64,000 nucleotides of DNA from an uncultured Rickettsiales bacterium (GTDB lineage Bacteria > Pseudomonadota > Alphaproteobacteria > Rickettsiales > CANDYO01). This document shows, piece by piece, positions 18,411-27,521 of the stretch. The notes under the pieces were generated by a model, which searched no databases, was not told the origin of the DNA, and saw only the letters and a program-made list of their open reading frames with translations. Positions within the stretch are counted from its first letter, which is position 1; the number at the start of each line of letters is the position of its first letter. The DNA lies in NCBI GenBank assembly GCA_964356785.1, contig CAYHIS010000001.1:208998-272997 (forward strand), in the 5' to 3' direction. The position numbers and the translations under genes are program-made.

Positions 18411-18719
18411 CTATGATTTGTTTTTCTTTTTATTAGGAAAAAATTCATCCCTGGCTTTGCTGCTAGGATATGCAGTTTTTAAAAATATAGAATTTTCACC
18501 TTCTTCAATAAATGGAACCTTATAAACTATATCTAAAATAAATACATACGCTATTTGCTGGTTAGGATATCTCTCTTTATTAAAATGATCTGTAACAGCT
18601 AATACTTTGCCTTCAAGCATGGCTGCTGCAATTTCATCGAAGCCAATTTGACGCTCCGTCAGTAACTTACTATTCTTTTCAGGATCATACCTGAATTGTG
18701 CGTTAGAAAACTGACGCAT
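18411..18719 (-). CDS. BrnT-like (DUF497-type) toxin
   Basis: 102 aa. FRYDPEKNSKLLTERQIGFDEI resembles the BrnT N-terminal signature (F.WD..KN..N...HG..F.E). The C-terminal IFLKTAYPSSKARDEF resembles the BrnT tail. Overlaps the upstream antitoxin gene by 17 nt. Confidence 0.55.
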   Translation of the reverse strand: MRQFSNAQFRYDPEKNSKLLTERQIGFDEIAAAMLEGKVLAVTDHFNKERYPNQQIAYVFILDIVYKVPFIEEGENSIFLKTAYPSSKARDEFFPNKKKNKS

Positions 18720-18993
18720 CTTTATGAATCACCATATTTATGTATGTTTGGTAAGGAATGCCTAGTTTAGAGGCTTTCAATCGCATTACCTCTAGATCGC
18801 GAGGAGCAACTCTAAGAGTAACTGATTTTTTGACTGTAAAATGATTTTTAGCTGCAGCAACCAACTTATCGATCATAATTTTTTCTTTAGCTGGTTCCAA
18901 TCTTTGGCAAAGCTCAAAATTATCTTCTAGCTCTTGTTCGTATTCATCCAGCTCAACATCATATGGATCGTATGCTTGAATTTGTTTTTTCAT
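18703..18993 (-). CDS. BrnA-like CopG/RHH antitoxin
   Basis: The C-terminal KKSVTLRVAPRDLEVMRLKASKLGIPYQTYINMVIHK is the BrnA/COG3514 pattern. I place the start at ATG 18993 (MKKQIQAY) because a GGAG SD and a consensus promoter lie just upstream. The tracked start at 19047 falls inside that promoter. Confidence 0.65.
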   Translation of the reverse strand: MKKQIQAYDPYDVELDEYEQELEDNFELCQRLEPAKEKIMIDKLVAAAKNHFTVKKSVTLRVAPRDLEVMRLKASKLGIPYQTYINMVIHKDASVF

Positions 18994-19018
18994 AATATTT
19001 AATCTCCAATTTGTTGTG

Positions 19019-19047
19019 AGTATAAACAAATGTATTAACAATGTCAA
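19019..19047 (-). promoter_or_regulatory. sigma70-type promoter for the brnA/brnT-like pair
   Basis: The minus strand reads TTGACA (19047-19042), a 17-nt spacer, then TATACT (19024-19019). It sits about 25 nt upstream of the ATG at 18993. Confidence 0.55.
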
Positions 19048-19103
19048 TATTATTATTTACAAAATTATAAAGATATTAGTTGCCTTTATAGGGTTGGCTT
19101 GAA

Positions 19104-21515
19104 TTAACTTGCCTTAGCAACCGGTTTATCTAGCATATTATTTAAATCGTATAATCTAAGAGCTTTGTTAATTTCTGGAATTACATGTTTCTTTTGATAA
19201 GGTTTTCTTATGAAGCATACTATCCCTAAATTAAATGCTTTTATTATTTCTTCTTCATCTAAACTTGCAGTTTGAAGAATTACAGGAATTTTTGCAAGCT
19301 CCGGATCATTTTTAATGTCGGCAAGTAAATTTAGTCCATAAATATCTGGCATCATTAAGTCTAATAATATCAATGAAATATCATTAGGATGTTTCTTTAA
19401 ATACTTAAGGCCCATGTTTCCTGAGTTACATTTAATCAAATTATAATTTGTTTTATTTAATAAGAGCTCCATTGCACTTAAACATATTTCCTCATCATCT
19501 ATAATTAGGATATTTGGTTTATCATGCGCTGGTTCATTTAATAAGGAAGCAGAGTTTCTATTTTCAGTGGAGTATGCGGAAATTGGAATAATAAAATTAA
19601 ACGTCGCTCCTCCGTCTTTGTTATTAAATGCCCAGATTCTTCCATGATGCGCTTTAATTACTTCGTAGCACACTCTCAGTCCAAGCCATTGGTGACTTGC
19701 TTGTTTTTCTGACATTGAAGGTGAAAGTATCGTGGCTACTTCAGCCTCTTTAATACCTTCTCCTTTATCATGAAGGATAAAGTGAATAGCTTCTTGAGAA
19801 GGATTATTTGAATGAGAAAGTTCTGTGCGTGAAATTTGCACCGCTAGAAAACTTAGGTTAGAGCTATTATTAATGGCATTTACAAATAAATTCCTTAAAA
19901 CTTGAGTCATTCGCTCTTTATCAGCATTTATGAAAATAGGTTCTTCTTGGAAAAAATTTATGTTTATATTTTTCTTATGCATATAAAGCAATTTACTTTC
20001 CTCAATAATTTCATTCACTAGATTCACGATATTAAAACTCTCTATATTTAGTTTATCTTGGCCATCTGAAAAATTAGAAAAATCTAATAAATTATTTGTA
20101 AGTGAGAGTAACTTAGAGCTACCTAAAGCTATCTGATGAGTAAATTCTATTCTCATAGGTTCAGTGAGTTCGTTCCAGAAAGATACTAAGTTTTCCACTA
20201 TCGTGACCATGCCTTGAAGAGGTATTTTAATCTCATGACCTAATTGATTAATAAAATCAGTTTTCGTCTGTACTAATTTCTTTAATTCTTTAGTGCGTTC
20301 ATTAACTTGATTTTCTAGTCTCAAATTAGATAGGGCTAAATTATTATTCACTTGAGATAATTCTAAGGTTAATTCTCTTTCTGTGTTTATTGAGCTTCTA
20401 ATCTTTTCTAAAGCATTAGCAATAAGTTCTGCCTCTTTAGTATTAATATCAAGAGGCATTGAGGCTAACATATCTCCATTTGATAACTCGGACGCTACTT
20501 TAGATAAAAGAAGAAAGGGGGATAATATGGATTTATAAAATATTAAACTAAGCACAGAAATTACTAATACAAGCAGTAATAATTCATATTTATAAGATAA
20601 TATATTATGTATAAAATCCTCATTTGTAGGATTTGATTTGGATTCAATTATAAGAGAAAAAGGCGCGGTTAGCTTATTTATATAAAAACTTCTGTCTTTT
20701 GAAGCTAGTACCTGTTGGTTGGTTATTTCATTTGACGTATTGTAAAAATTATTTTGTTGTTTTGGATGTTTGTTAGAGCGCTTGCTTGATATTTTTTTAT
20801 GCTCAGAATAAACAGAATTTTCCTTTAATTTTAGAAACTCTGTAAGATTAAAATTTTTAGATTTAAAAACAATCTCATTATCCTTTGTGTGGATCAAAGC
20901 ATATGAGAATCTTTCCTCATAAATATTTTTAGATATGTAATCAACCACGTATTTTAAGTCTAATGTTGTTAATATACTACCTAAATAATCACCTTTTTTG
21001 TTAGCTATGCCCATTACTATAGATAAAATATTTTCCTTATCATTAAAATTAAAAAATAATTTAAATGGCATATTCTTAGAAGCTTTTAGATTGTCAATAT
21101 AATTTAGGTCTTTTGGAGCTTTGTAGATTTCCTTATTACTAACTATCGCTTTATTATTTTCATTAATCCATGTTAGAGATTGTATAAAAATAAGATGTTT
21201 ATAATGGTCTTCGCATAATGATGAAAAATATTTTTGCATAAGCTGATAATTTTCATAATGTTTTTCCTGGATAATATATTGCCCTATCAATTCTAACTTT
21301 TCTTCGCTATGGATGAATGCATCATTTAAAGTTTGCTGAATATTATAAGTAAATAGATCTAAATTATTTTTAAATAAGTTTATTTTTGTTCGATGTATTG
21401 TGAAAATGGTTATCATTATAATCGCTAAAGACAGAATAACAACCAAGCTAACGAACCTATTAAAAACAGAGTAGTTTTTGTCTTTTATGGTAATCACTGC
21501 GCGTCCCCTTTTCAA
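19104..21515 (-). CDS. hybrid sensor histidine kinase / response regulator, paralogue 2
   Basis: 803 aa. N-terminal TM, large extracytoplasmic sensor region, second TM, H-box GHEIKIPL, N-box NLFVNAINN, G1 DKGEGI, a degenerate G2 (HQWLGL) and a receiver domain with DLMMPD. The tracked start is TTG, so the start is uncertain. Confidence 0.85.
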   Translation of the reverse strand: MKRGRAVITIKDKNYSVFNRFVSLVVILSLAIIMITIFTIHRTKINLFKNNLDLFTYNIQQTLNDAFIHSEEKLELIGQYIIQEKHYENYQLMQKYFSSLCEDHYKHLIFIQSLTWINENNKAIVSNKEIYKAPKDLNYIDNLKASKNMPFKLFFNFNDKENILSIVMGIANKKGDYLGSILTTLDLKYVVDYISKNIYEERFSYALIHTKDNEIVFKSKNFNLTEFLKLKENSVYSEHKKISSKRSNKHPKQQNNFYNTSNEITNQQVLASKDRSFYINKLTAPFSLIIESKSNPTNEDFIHNILSYKYELLLLVLVISVLSLIFYKSILSPFLLLSKVASELSNGDMLASMPLDINTKEAELIANALEKIRSSINTERELTLELSQVNNNLALSNLRLENQVNERTKELKKLVQTKTDFINQLGHEIKIPLQGMVTIVENLVSFWNELTEPMRIEFTHQIALGSSKLLSLTNNLLDFSNFSDGQDKLNIESFNIVNLVNEIIEESKLLYMHKKNININFFQEEPIFINADKERMTQVLRNLFVNAINNSSNLSFLAVQISRTELSHSNNPSQEAIHFILHDKGEGIKEAEVATILSPSMSEKQASHQWLGLRVCYEVIKAHHGRIWAFNNKDGGATFNFIIPISAYSTENRNSASLLNEPAHDKPNILIIDDEEICLSAMELLLNKTNYNLIKCNSGNMGLKYLKKHPNDISLILLDLMMPDIYGLNLLADIKNDPELAKIPVILQTASLDEEEIIKAFNLGIVCFIRKPYQKKHVIPEINKALRLYDLNNMLDKPVAKAS

Positions 21516-21741
21516 CTGATGCTAGAGTTATACCGTAATATTATTATACCTATTAGATATATTTGTAAATAAGAAAATAGCGCTATAGTTGAAGATATTT
21601 GGGATAGATTAGCGTATGATCGCGTACAAGTTGAGTTATATAGTTGTAACAATTAGTAATATTTGTTGTATTGCTTTGGTTGGAGAGGAGTTTTATCATG
21701 AAAGATGAATATTAGTGTATATTTTAATTCCAAGGATAAAA

Positions 21742-22644
21742 ATGTTTGTAAAAAATCAGCGTACTATTAAAAATAGAGTAAATTGCTTTGGAATAGGTTT
21801 ACACAGCGGTTCTTTTGTTAATTTGAGCTTATTACCGGCTCCAGTGGATGCGGGGATAGTTTTTAAGAGAGTAAATGCTGATAAGAGCCATATTGGAGAA
21901 GTGAAAGCGGAATATGATCTTGTTTCCACGACCTTCCTTGGTACAAACCTTGTTAGCAAAGATCAAAAAATAAAAATAGCCACAGTTGAGCATTTAATGG
22001 CAGCTCTTTGGGGATGTGGAATTGATAATGTTTTTGTTGAAGTGGATGCAGATGAGCTTCCAATAATGGATGGTAGTTCTGATCATTTTGTTTTTATGAT
22101 AGAGTCCGCTGGAATAGTTGAACAAAATGTTGGCAGACGATTTATAGAGGTGCTTCGTAAGGTTGAGGTTTCAGATGGTGAAGCAAAAGCCTTCATTGCT
22201 CCAAGTTCAGATTTTTCTGTGCAGATGGACATAGCATTTAATGACAATATTATTGCTAAGCAATCTTGTAGTTTTTTTGCAAATACCAGTTCATTTAAAA
22301 TTGAATTGGCTAGAGCAAGAACTTTTGGATTCTTAAAAGATGTTGAGAAATTAAAAGAAATGGGGCTTATTAAAGGTGGATCATTGGATAATGCTATTGT
22401 TGTTGATGAAGATAAGGTATTAAACGACAATGGTTTGAGATATGAAAATGAATTTGTTCGCCATAAAATATTAGATTCAATAGGAGATCTATACTTAGCC
22501 GGCGCTAGAATCATGGGAAGTTTCCATGGAATTAAATCAGGTCACTCTCTGAATAATCAATTATTAAGGACTCTTTTTGCTGATAAATCAGCATGGAGAA
22601 TTATGCAGTTGAATCCGGACAATTCATTCATTCATGAATTATAA
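21742..22644 (+). CDS. lpxC: UDP-3-O-acyl-N-acetylglucosamine deacetylase
   Basis: Q.T.K....G.GLHSG, TVEHL and HK.LD..GDL motifs. I prefer ATG 21742 (MFVKNQRTIK, AAGGA upstream) over the tracked GTG at 21715. Confidence 0.92.
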   Translation: MFVKNQRTIKNRVNCFGIGLHSGSFVNLSLLPAPVDAGIVFKRVNADKSHIGEVKAEYDLVSTTFLGTNLVSKDQKIKIATVEHLMAALWGCGIDNVFVEVDADELPIMDGSSDHFVFMIESAGIVEQNVGRRFIEVLRKVEVSDGEAKAFIAPSSDFSVQMDIAFNDNIIAKQSCSFFANTSSFKIELARARTFGFLKDVEKLKEMGLIKGGSLDNAIVVDEDKVLNDNGLRYENEFVRHKILDSIGDLYLAGARIMGSFHGIKSGHSLNNQLLRTLFADKSAWRIMQLNPDNSFIHEL

Positions 22645-22648
22645 TCTC

Positions 22649-22811
22649 ATACCAATCCTCACCCATAATTGAACGTTTAGAATTTGAGGTTTGAGTATTA
22701 TACAAATAAGAAAAAAGCTGAGAATATTGGTTATATTCAATGGTTTTTTATTTTTGGAGAATACCAAAAATCGAATTAATAAATGTTCAATTATGGGTGA
22801 GGATTGGTATT
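22649..22811 (+). mobile_element. MITE-like element, family A, copy 1 (163 bp)
   Basis: Perfect 26-bp terminal inverted repeats ATACCAATCCTCACCCATAATTGAAC. The whole element recurs, reverse-complemented, at 48433-48594. Confidence 0.85.
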
Positions 22812-22894
22812 AAAGTCTCGTCTCGGAATAATCTTGCTTCTGCCTTACTAATATGCTAAATGTATTACACTAATGTTTAGAAAACTAAAAGAAA

Positions 22895-24430
22895 ATGCAG
22901 ACCAAAATAAATGAAATCTTAGAAGAAAAAAGACAAATGGCAAGACTTGGCGGGGGTATAAAGAGAATAGATACTCAACATGCCAAGGGCAAGCTTACAG
23001 CAAGAGAAAGAATTGAGATTTTATTAGATACCGATTCTTTTGAAGAATTTGGAATGTTTGTTGAGCAGCGTTGTACAAATTTCGAAATGGAGAAAAACAA
23101 TTATCCAGGAGATGGTGTAGTTACCGGTAGCGGAACTATCAATGGAAGATTAGTTTATATTTATAGTCAAGATTTTACCGTGTTAGGCGGGTCTTTAAGC
23201 GAGACTAATGCTAAAAAAATATGTCAAATCATGGATATGGCCGTGAAGATGGGGGTTCCAGTCATTGGAATTAATGATTCAGGAGGAGCAAGGATCCAAG
23301 AGGGTGTTGATTCTCTTGGTGGATATGGTGAGATTTTTCAACGTAATGTAGATGCTTCTGGTGTTGTTCCGCAGATTTCACTAATCATGGGACCATGTGC
23401 TGGTGGTGCTGTATATTCTCCTGCTTTAACAGATTTTACTTTTATGGTTAAAGGCTCCTCTTATATGTTTGTTACGGGGCCTGATGTTGTAAAAACAGTT
23501 ACTCATGAAGATGTGAGTCAAGAAGTGCTTGGTGGCGCTTCTACGCATGCTACAAAAACAGGAGTAGCAGATAAAGCATTTAACAATGATGTGGAGGCTT
23601 TAATCCAGATTCGTCGTTTGTTTGATTTTCTTCCGCTTTCTAATAAAGCGCCCTTGCCAGAGAAAATAACTCAAGATCCAGCTGACAGAGTAGAGATGTC
23701 ATTAAACACTTTGGTTCCTAGCAATCCAAATAAACCTTATGATATGAAGGAATTAATATTAAGAATTGTTGATGAAGGAGACTTTTTTGAGCTTCAACCA
23801 GATTATGCAAAAAATATAATTATTGGATTTGGGTATATGCAAGGTCGTTCTGTTGGCTTTGTTGCAAACCAACCAATGCACTTGGCTGGATGTTTAGACA
23901 TAAACGCTTCTGTAAAGGCTGCTCGTTTTATTAGATTTTGTGATGCTTTTAATATACCCATCGTAACTTTAATCGATGTTCCAGGGTTTTTGCCAGGAGT
24001 TAGCCAAGAACATAATGGTATAATAAAGCATGGAGCTAAATTGCTATATGCTTATGCAGAAGCTACAGTACCTAAGGTTAGCGTTATTACTCGTAAGGCT
24101 TATGGTGGGGCTTATATAGTTATGAACTCTAAACATCTTCAAGGTGACCTTAACTACGCTTGGGGCAATGCTGAAATTGCAGTGATGGGAGCAAAGGGAG
24201 CTATTGAAATTTTATATCGTGATAAATTATCTGATAAGGAATTTATTGAAGAAAAAATAAATGAATATCAAAATAAATTTACCAATCCATACGTGGCTGC
24301 TTCACGAGGTTTTATAGATGATGTAATACGTCCTCAAAACACCAGATGGCGAATTTGCAGAGCATTATCAATGCTTACTAACAAGCAAGTTACAAAACCA
24401 TGGAAGAAACATGATAATCTTCCTCTCTAA
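22895..24430 (+). CDS. pccB: propionyl-CoA carboxylase beta subunit (carboxyltransferase)
   Basis: 511 aa. Collinear with PccB / methylmalonyl-CoA carboxyltransferase ([32 protein letters not shown]). Confidence 0.92.
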   Translation: MQTKINEILEEKRQMARLGGGIKRIDTQHAKGKLTARERIEILLDTDSFEEFGMFVEQRCTNFEMEKNNYPGDGVVTGSGTINGRLVYIYSQDFTVLGGSLSETNAKKICQIMDMAVKMGVPVIGINDSGGARIQEGVDSLGGYGEIFQRNVDASGVVPQISLIMGPCAGGAVYSPALTDFTFMVKGSSYMFVTGPDVVKTVTHEDVSQEVLGGASTHATKTGVADKAFNNDVEALIQIRRLFDFLPLSNKAPLPEKITQDPADRVEMSLNTLVPSNPNKPYDMKELILRIVDEGDFFELQPDYAKNIIIGFGYMQGRSVGFVANQPMHLAGCLDINASVKAARFIRFCDAFNIPIVTLIDVPGFLPGVSQEHNGIIKHGAKLLYAYAEATVPKVSVITRKAYGGAYIVMNSKHLQGDLNYAWGNAEIAVMGAKGAIEILYRDKLSDKEFIEEKINEYQNKFTNPYVAASRGFIDDVIRPQNTRWRICRALSMLTNKQVTKPWKKHDNLPL

Positions 24431-24711
24431 GAGAGGAATGACTGCAATTTTCTATTATTATACCAATTCTCACTGTGATAGAAGACGGACATTTATACTA
24501 TTTCTAACAATTTTTAACTTTTTACTTGCAAAGAAGGTTAATTTATGCAATAATTAATACTTATTCTTGTGCTTGCTTAATGTATAATTTAAATAGCCAA
24601 GATGGCTCAGTTAAAATTTTAACCTCTCTTAGGATTTAAGAAAAAACTACAGAGAGTAGGTTATTTATACTCTTTTATATATAATAACTTCTATTAAACA
24701 AGGTATTTGCA

Positions 24712-25221
24712 ATGTTGAATGACGAAAGCTTTAGAGTTGGCGATATGGTGGTGTACCCATCACATGGTGTTGGTGAAATAATTGGTGAAGAAATCCAAAT
24801 TATAGCTGATCAAGAATTAAAAGTTTTCATAATTTCACTTTTAAAAGAAAAAATGCTGTTAAGAGTTCCTGTAAAGCGTGCCGTTCTTGGTGGATTGCGT
24901 CCATTATGCAGCAATGAAACAATTTCCGGTATCTTTAATACTTTACAAAAAAAATCAAGAGCTACAAAAGGCATGTGGAGCAAAAGAGCTCAAGAATATG
25001 AAGTTAAAATCAATTCGGGAGATGTTAATCTTTTAGCAGAAGTTGTAAGAGATTTATATAAAAACTCAGATGATCCTGGTCGTTCATATAGCGAAAGAGT
25101 GATATATGAATCAGCGTTAAATAGACTTGCTGGTGAATTTGCGGTAGTGAAGGGTATTGAACTTGAAAATGCAAAAGATCAACTACTTACCTCTCTTGAA
25201 GAAAGAGAATATGCAGCTTAA
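24712..25221 (+). CDS. carD: CarD/CdnL-family transcriptional regulator
   Basis: 169 aa. F.VGD.VVYP.HGVG.I N-terminal Tudor-like motif and conserved C-terminal helical domain. Confidence 0.88.
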   Translation: MLNDESFRVGDMVVYPSHGVGEIIGEEIQIIADQELKVFIISLLKEKMLLRVPVKRAVLGGLRPLCSNETISGIFNTLQKKSRATKGMWSKRAQEYEVKINSGDVNLLAEVVRDLYKNSDDPGRSYSERVIYESALNRLAGEFAVVKGIELENAKDQLLTSLEEREYAA

Positions 25222-25441
25222 GCCCGGGCTTTTATGTGAATTAAAACTTGACAGCATAAAATACTAACTATACTCTTTTAAGAACATCAATATATTTGTT
25301 ATGGTTACTATCATGTATATTTCATTCAATAATTTAGGTCTTTTTATAAAAGAGCCGTCCTGCTTGTCCTTCTAATCTAGGCCTTATGCTTAATCCTAAG
25401 GTTCACTCAATTATTTAGATCATAAAATTTAAGGACAAATC

Positions 25442-26617
25442 ATGTATATAAAAATCATTAAAAGCCAGCCGATGAGGCTTGTTATTACCATATTATTGGC
25501 AATATTTCTTAACCAATATATTCCTCTAACTTTAAAGGAATTATTTTTAGCTTTAAGCTTATCTTTAAAAGAAATTCTTATTTTCATGTTACCATTTTTA
25601 ATTTTTAGCTCAGTATATAATGCTTTTGCTAAAATTAGGGGGCATGCGGTGATGTTTACATCTCTGCTTTTAACATGTGTAATTTTATCAAATTTCTTTA
25701 GTGTGAATCTAGCTGGAGTTTTTAGTTATTCATTTGTTTTTAATGGCGCTTCAAATCTGCATAGCCCAAAGGAAACTAACGAATTGTTAGCTTTATGGGA
25801 ATTCGGATTACCTAAGTTAGTTTCTAATAATATTGTATTATTGATATCTTTAGTTTTGGCTTATATTAATAAACCAATTATTACAAAAAATGTTGGGATG
25901 GCCGCCAAGATATGTCAAAAAATAGTAGATAAATTTTTAAAGAAATTTTTTATTCCTCTTCTCCCTCTATTCGTTTTTGGATTTATGTTAAAGCTTTTAA
26001 CAGAAGATATATTAAGTGATGTAATAGCGGTTAATCCAAAAGCTTTCATCTATATGATTACATTACTAATATTTTATTTATCATTTTTATTATTACTATG
26101 TAGAGTTTTATACAAGAAAAAGCCTCTAGATATTCTGCGTAATATAGTAGCTCCAACTCTAACTGCTTTCTCTAGTATGTCTAGCGCTGCGGCCTTACCT
26201 TTTTCTATTGCTGCTGCAGAGAAAAATACTGGAAATAAAAGCATAGCTGATGTTGTAATGCCAGCCACAGTAAATATTCATATGATTGGTGATTCTATAT
26301 GTATACCAATTCTAGCAATGATTCTAATAAGTGCTTTCGGGCTTCCTGAGCCAAGTTTTCATGCTTATATTATTTTTGCCTTAACCTTTACTATAACAAA
26401 ATTCTCAGGCGCTGGGGTGCCTGGTGGCAGTATTTTAGTTATGATTCCTGTGCTAGAGAATTGTTTAGGATTTACCCAAGAAATGTCTGCGCTCATAACG
26501 ATTTGCTATATGTTGATAGATCCAATTACCACAAGCGGTAACGTTCTTGGAAACAATATTTTTGTTATTCACTTTAATAAGCTTTATCATTATATAAATA
26601 GAAAATTAATGGTATAA
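25442..26617 (+). CDS. dicarboxylate/amino acid:cation symporter (DAACS) family transporter
   Basis: 391 aa, polytopic. SSAAALP and ATVN..GD motifs as in GltP/DctA-type carriers. Substrate not determinable. Confidence 0.75.
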   Translation: MYIKIIKSQPMRLVITILLAIFLNQYIPLTLKELFLALSLSLKEILIFMLPFLIFSSVYNAFAKIRGHAVMFTSLLLTCVILSNFFSVNLAGVFSYSFVFNGASNLHSPKETNELLALWEFGLPKLVSNNIVLLISLVLAYINKPIITKNVGMAAKICQKIVDKFLKKFFIPLLPLFVFGFMLKLLTEDILSDVIAVNPKAFIYMITLLIFYLSFLLLLCRVLYKKKPLDILRNIVAPTLTAFSSMSSAAALPFSIAAAEKNTGNKSIADVVMPATVNIHMIGDSICIPILAMILISAFGLPEPSFHAYIIFALTFTITKFSGAGVPGGSILVMIPVLENCLGFTQEMSALITICYMLIDPITTSGNVLGNNIFVIHFNKLYHYINRKLMV

Positions 26618-26623
26618 ATCGCT

Positions 26624-27520
26624 ATGTTTTCTAAAATACAAAGAAACTCAAATATATATCTTGCGCTTTTATTAGTTTTTTTAACTCAATGTACCAGCTT
26701 CAAATCCTTAGATAATAAATATAAGAATGCTAAGGTTGCTTTAGTTCTAGGTGGTGGTGGATCCAAGGGATATGCGCATCTTGGCGCTATTGAAGTTTTA
26801 GAAGAAAATAATATTCCTATAGATTTTATTGTTGGAACGAGTATTGGTAGCGCAGTAGGTGCAATATATGCCGATACTAGGGATATAAAAAAGACTAAAG
26901 AAATATTTTTTAAAGCCAAAAGCTATGAATTGCTAGATTTTTCTCTAAATGGTTCTCTTAATTTTTTTAGCAGCTTATCATCTCCTATTAGAGGGAACTC
27001 TTATGAGAAGTTTATAGAATCAAACCTAAGTGTAAAAAGTTTTAACGATCTAAAAATACCTTTATTAGTAGTAGCTGTCGACTCAATCTCTGGACAGAAA
27101 TATGTAATAAAAGAAGGCTCTATAGCTAAAGCTGTTAGGGCTTCATCTGCTATTCCACCGATATTTAAACCTGTAGAGATAGATGGTAAAATATTAATAG
27201 ATGGTGGAGTATTAGAGCCAGTTCCTGTTCAAACAGCGTTAAAGTATAAGCCCGATATCATTATTGCCATTGATATAAATAATCTACCGAATAAAAACAA
27301 ACCTAAAAATATGTTAGAGCTTTCATATAAGGCTCTATGGCTTGCTTATTACCAACTATCAAGATCTCAGGCTGCTTTAGCAGATATTGATATTCACCCA
27401 GACCTAACCGGGCATGGGACTTTTGAGGATAATAATAAAGAAGAATTATATAGATTGGGGAGGGAAGCGGCTCTAAAAGAATTACCTAAAATAAAAGATA
27501 AGTTGATACCAGTTCTTTAA
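26624..27520 (+). CDS. patatin-like phospholipase with N-terminal signal sequence
   Basis: GGGSKG oxyanion motif, GTSIGS nucleophile elbow (G.S.G) and a later DGG (catalytic Asp). Hydrophobic leader ending LTQC. Confidence 0.85.
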   Translation: MFSKIQRNSNIYLALLLVFLTQCTSFKSLDNKYKNAKVALVLGGGGSKGYAHLGAIEVLEENNIPIDFIVGTSIGSAVGAIYADTRDIKKTKEIFFKAKSYELLDFSLNGSLNFFSSLSSPIRGNSYEKFIESNLSVKSFNDLKIPLLVVAVDSISGQKYVIKEGSIAKAVRASSAIPPIFKPVEIDGKILIDGGVLEPVPVQTALKYKPDIIIAIDINNLPNKNKPKNMLELSYKALWLAYYQLSRSQAALADIDIHPDLTGHGTFEDNNKEELYRLGREAALKELPKIKDKLIPVL

Positions 27521-27521
27521 C

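Noticed and set aside
13028-18525. Nested ORFs in virB11, virB9, virB8 and the 554-aa gene, and one overlapping the brnT-like gene (13028-13237, 15276-15470, 15586-15777, 16911-17150, 17505-17720, 18331-18525).
   Set aside because: They overlap better-supported genes on the opposite strand or in another frame. Random ORFs of 60-80 aa are expected in AT-rich DNA.
21698-21715. A five-codon mini-ORF (MKDEY*) with a strong GGAGAGGAG Shine-Dalgarno, 26 nt upstream of the lpxC ATG.
   Set aside because: It could be a leader peptide or simply a chance ATG. With no conservation data or attenuator structure visible, I cannot support it as a feature.
24420-24438. A perfect 8-bp hairpin (TTCCTCTC-TAA-GAGAGGAA) with the pccB stop codon as its loop.
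   Set aside because: The hairpin is real in the sequence. There is no adjoining T-tract and the loop is only 3 nt, so a terminator call is not justified. It may be coincidental or a translational or RNA-stability element.
25248-25276. A TTGACA ... TATACT promoter-like sequence downstream of carD, about 170 nt before the DAACS transporter gene.
   Set aside because: The spacer to TATACT is only 15 nt, and at 17 nt the -10 would be the poor TACTCT. The long leader is unexplained. It is plausible but not strong enough, and I could not recognise a riboswitch or sRNA fold in the leader.
26624-27520. The patatin-like phospholipase might be the effector of a CBASS-type or other defence system.
   Set aside because: No cyclase, sensor or other defence partner is adjacent. 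The protein has a secretion leader and sits among metabolic genes. It is more likely a lipase or lysophospholipase, or a secreted phospholipase.
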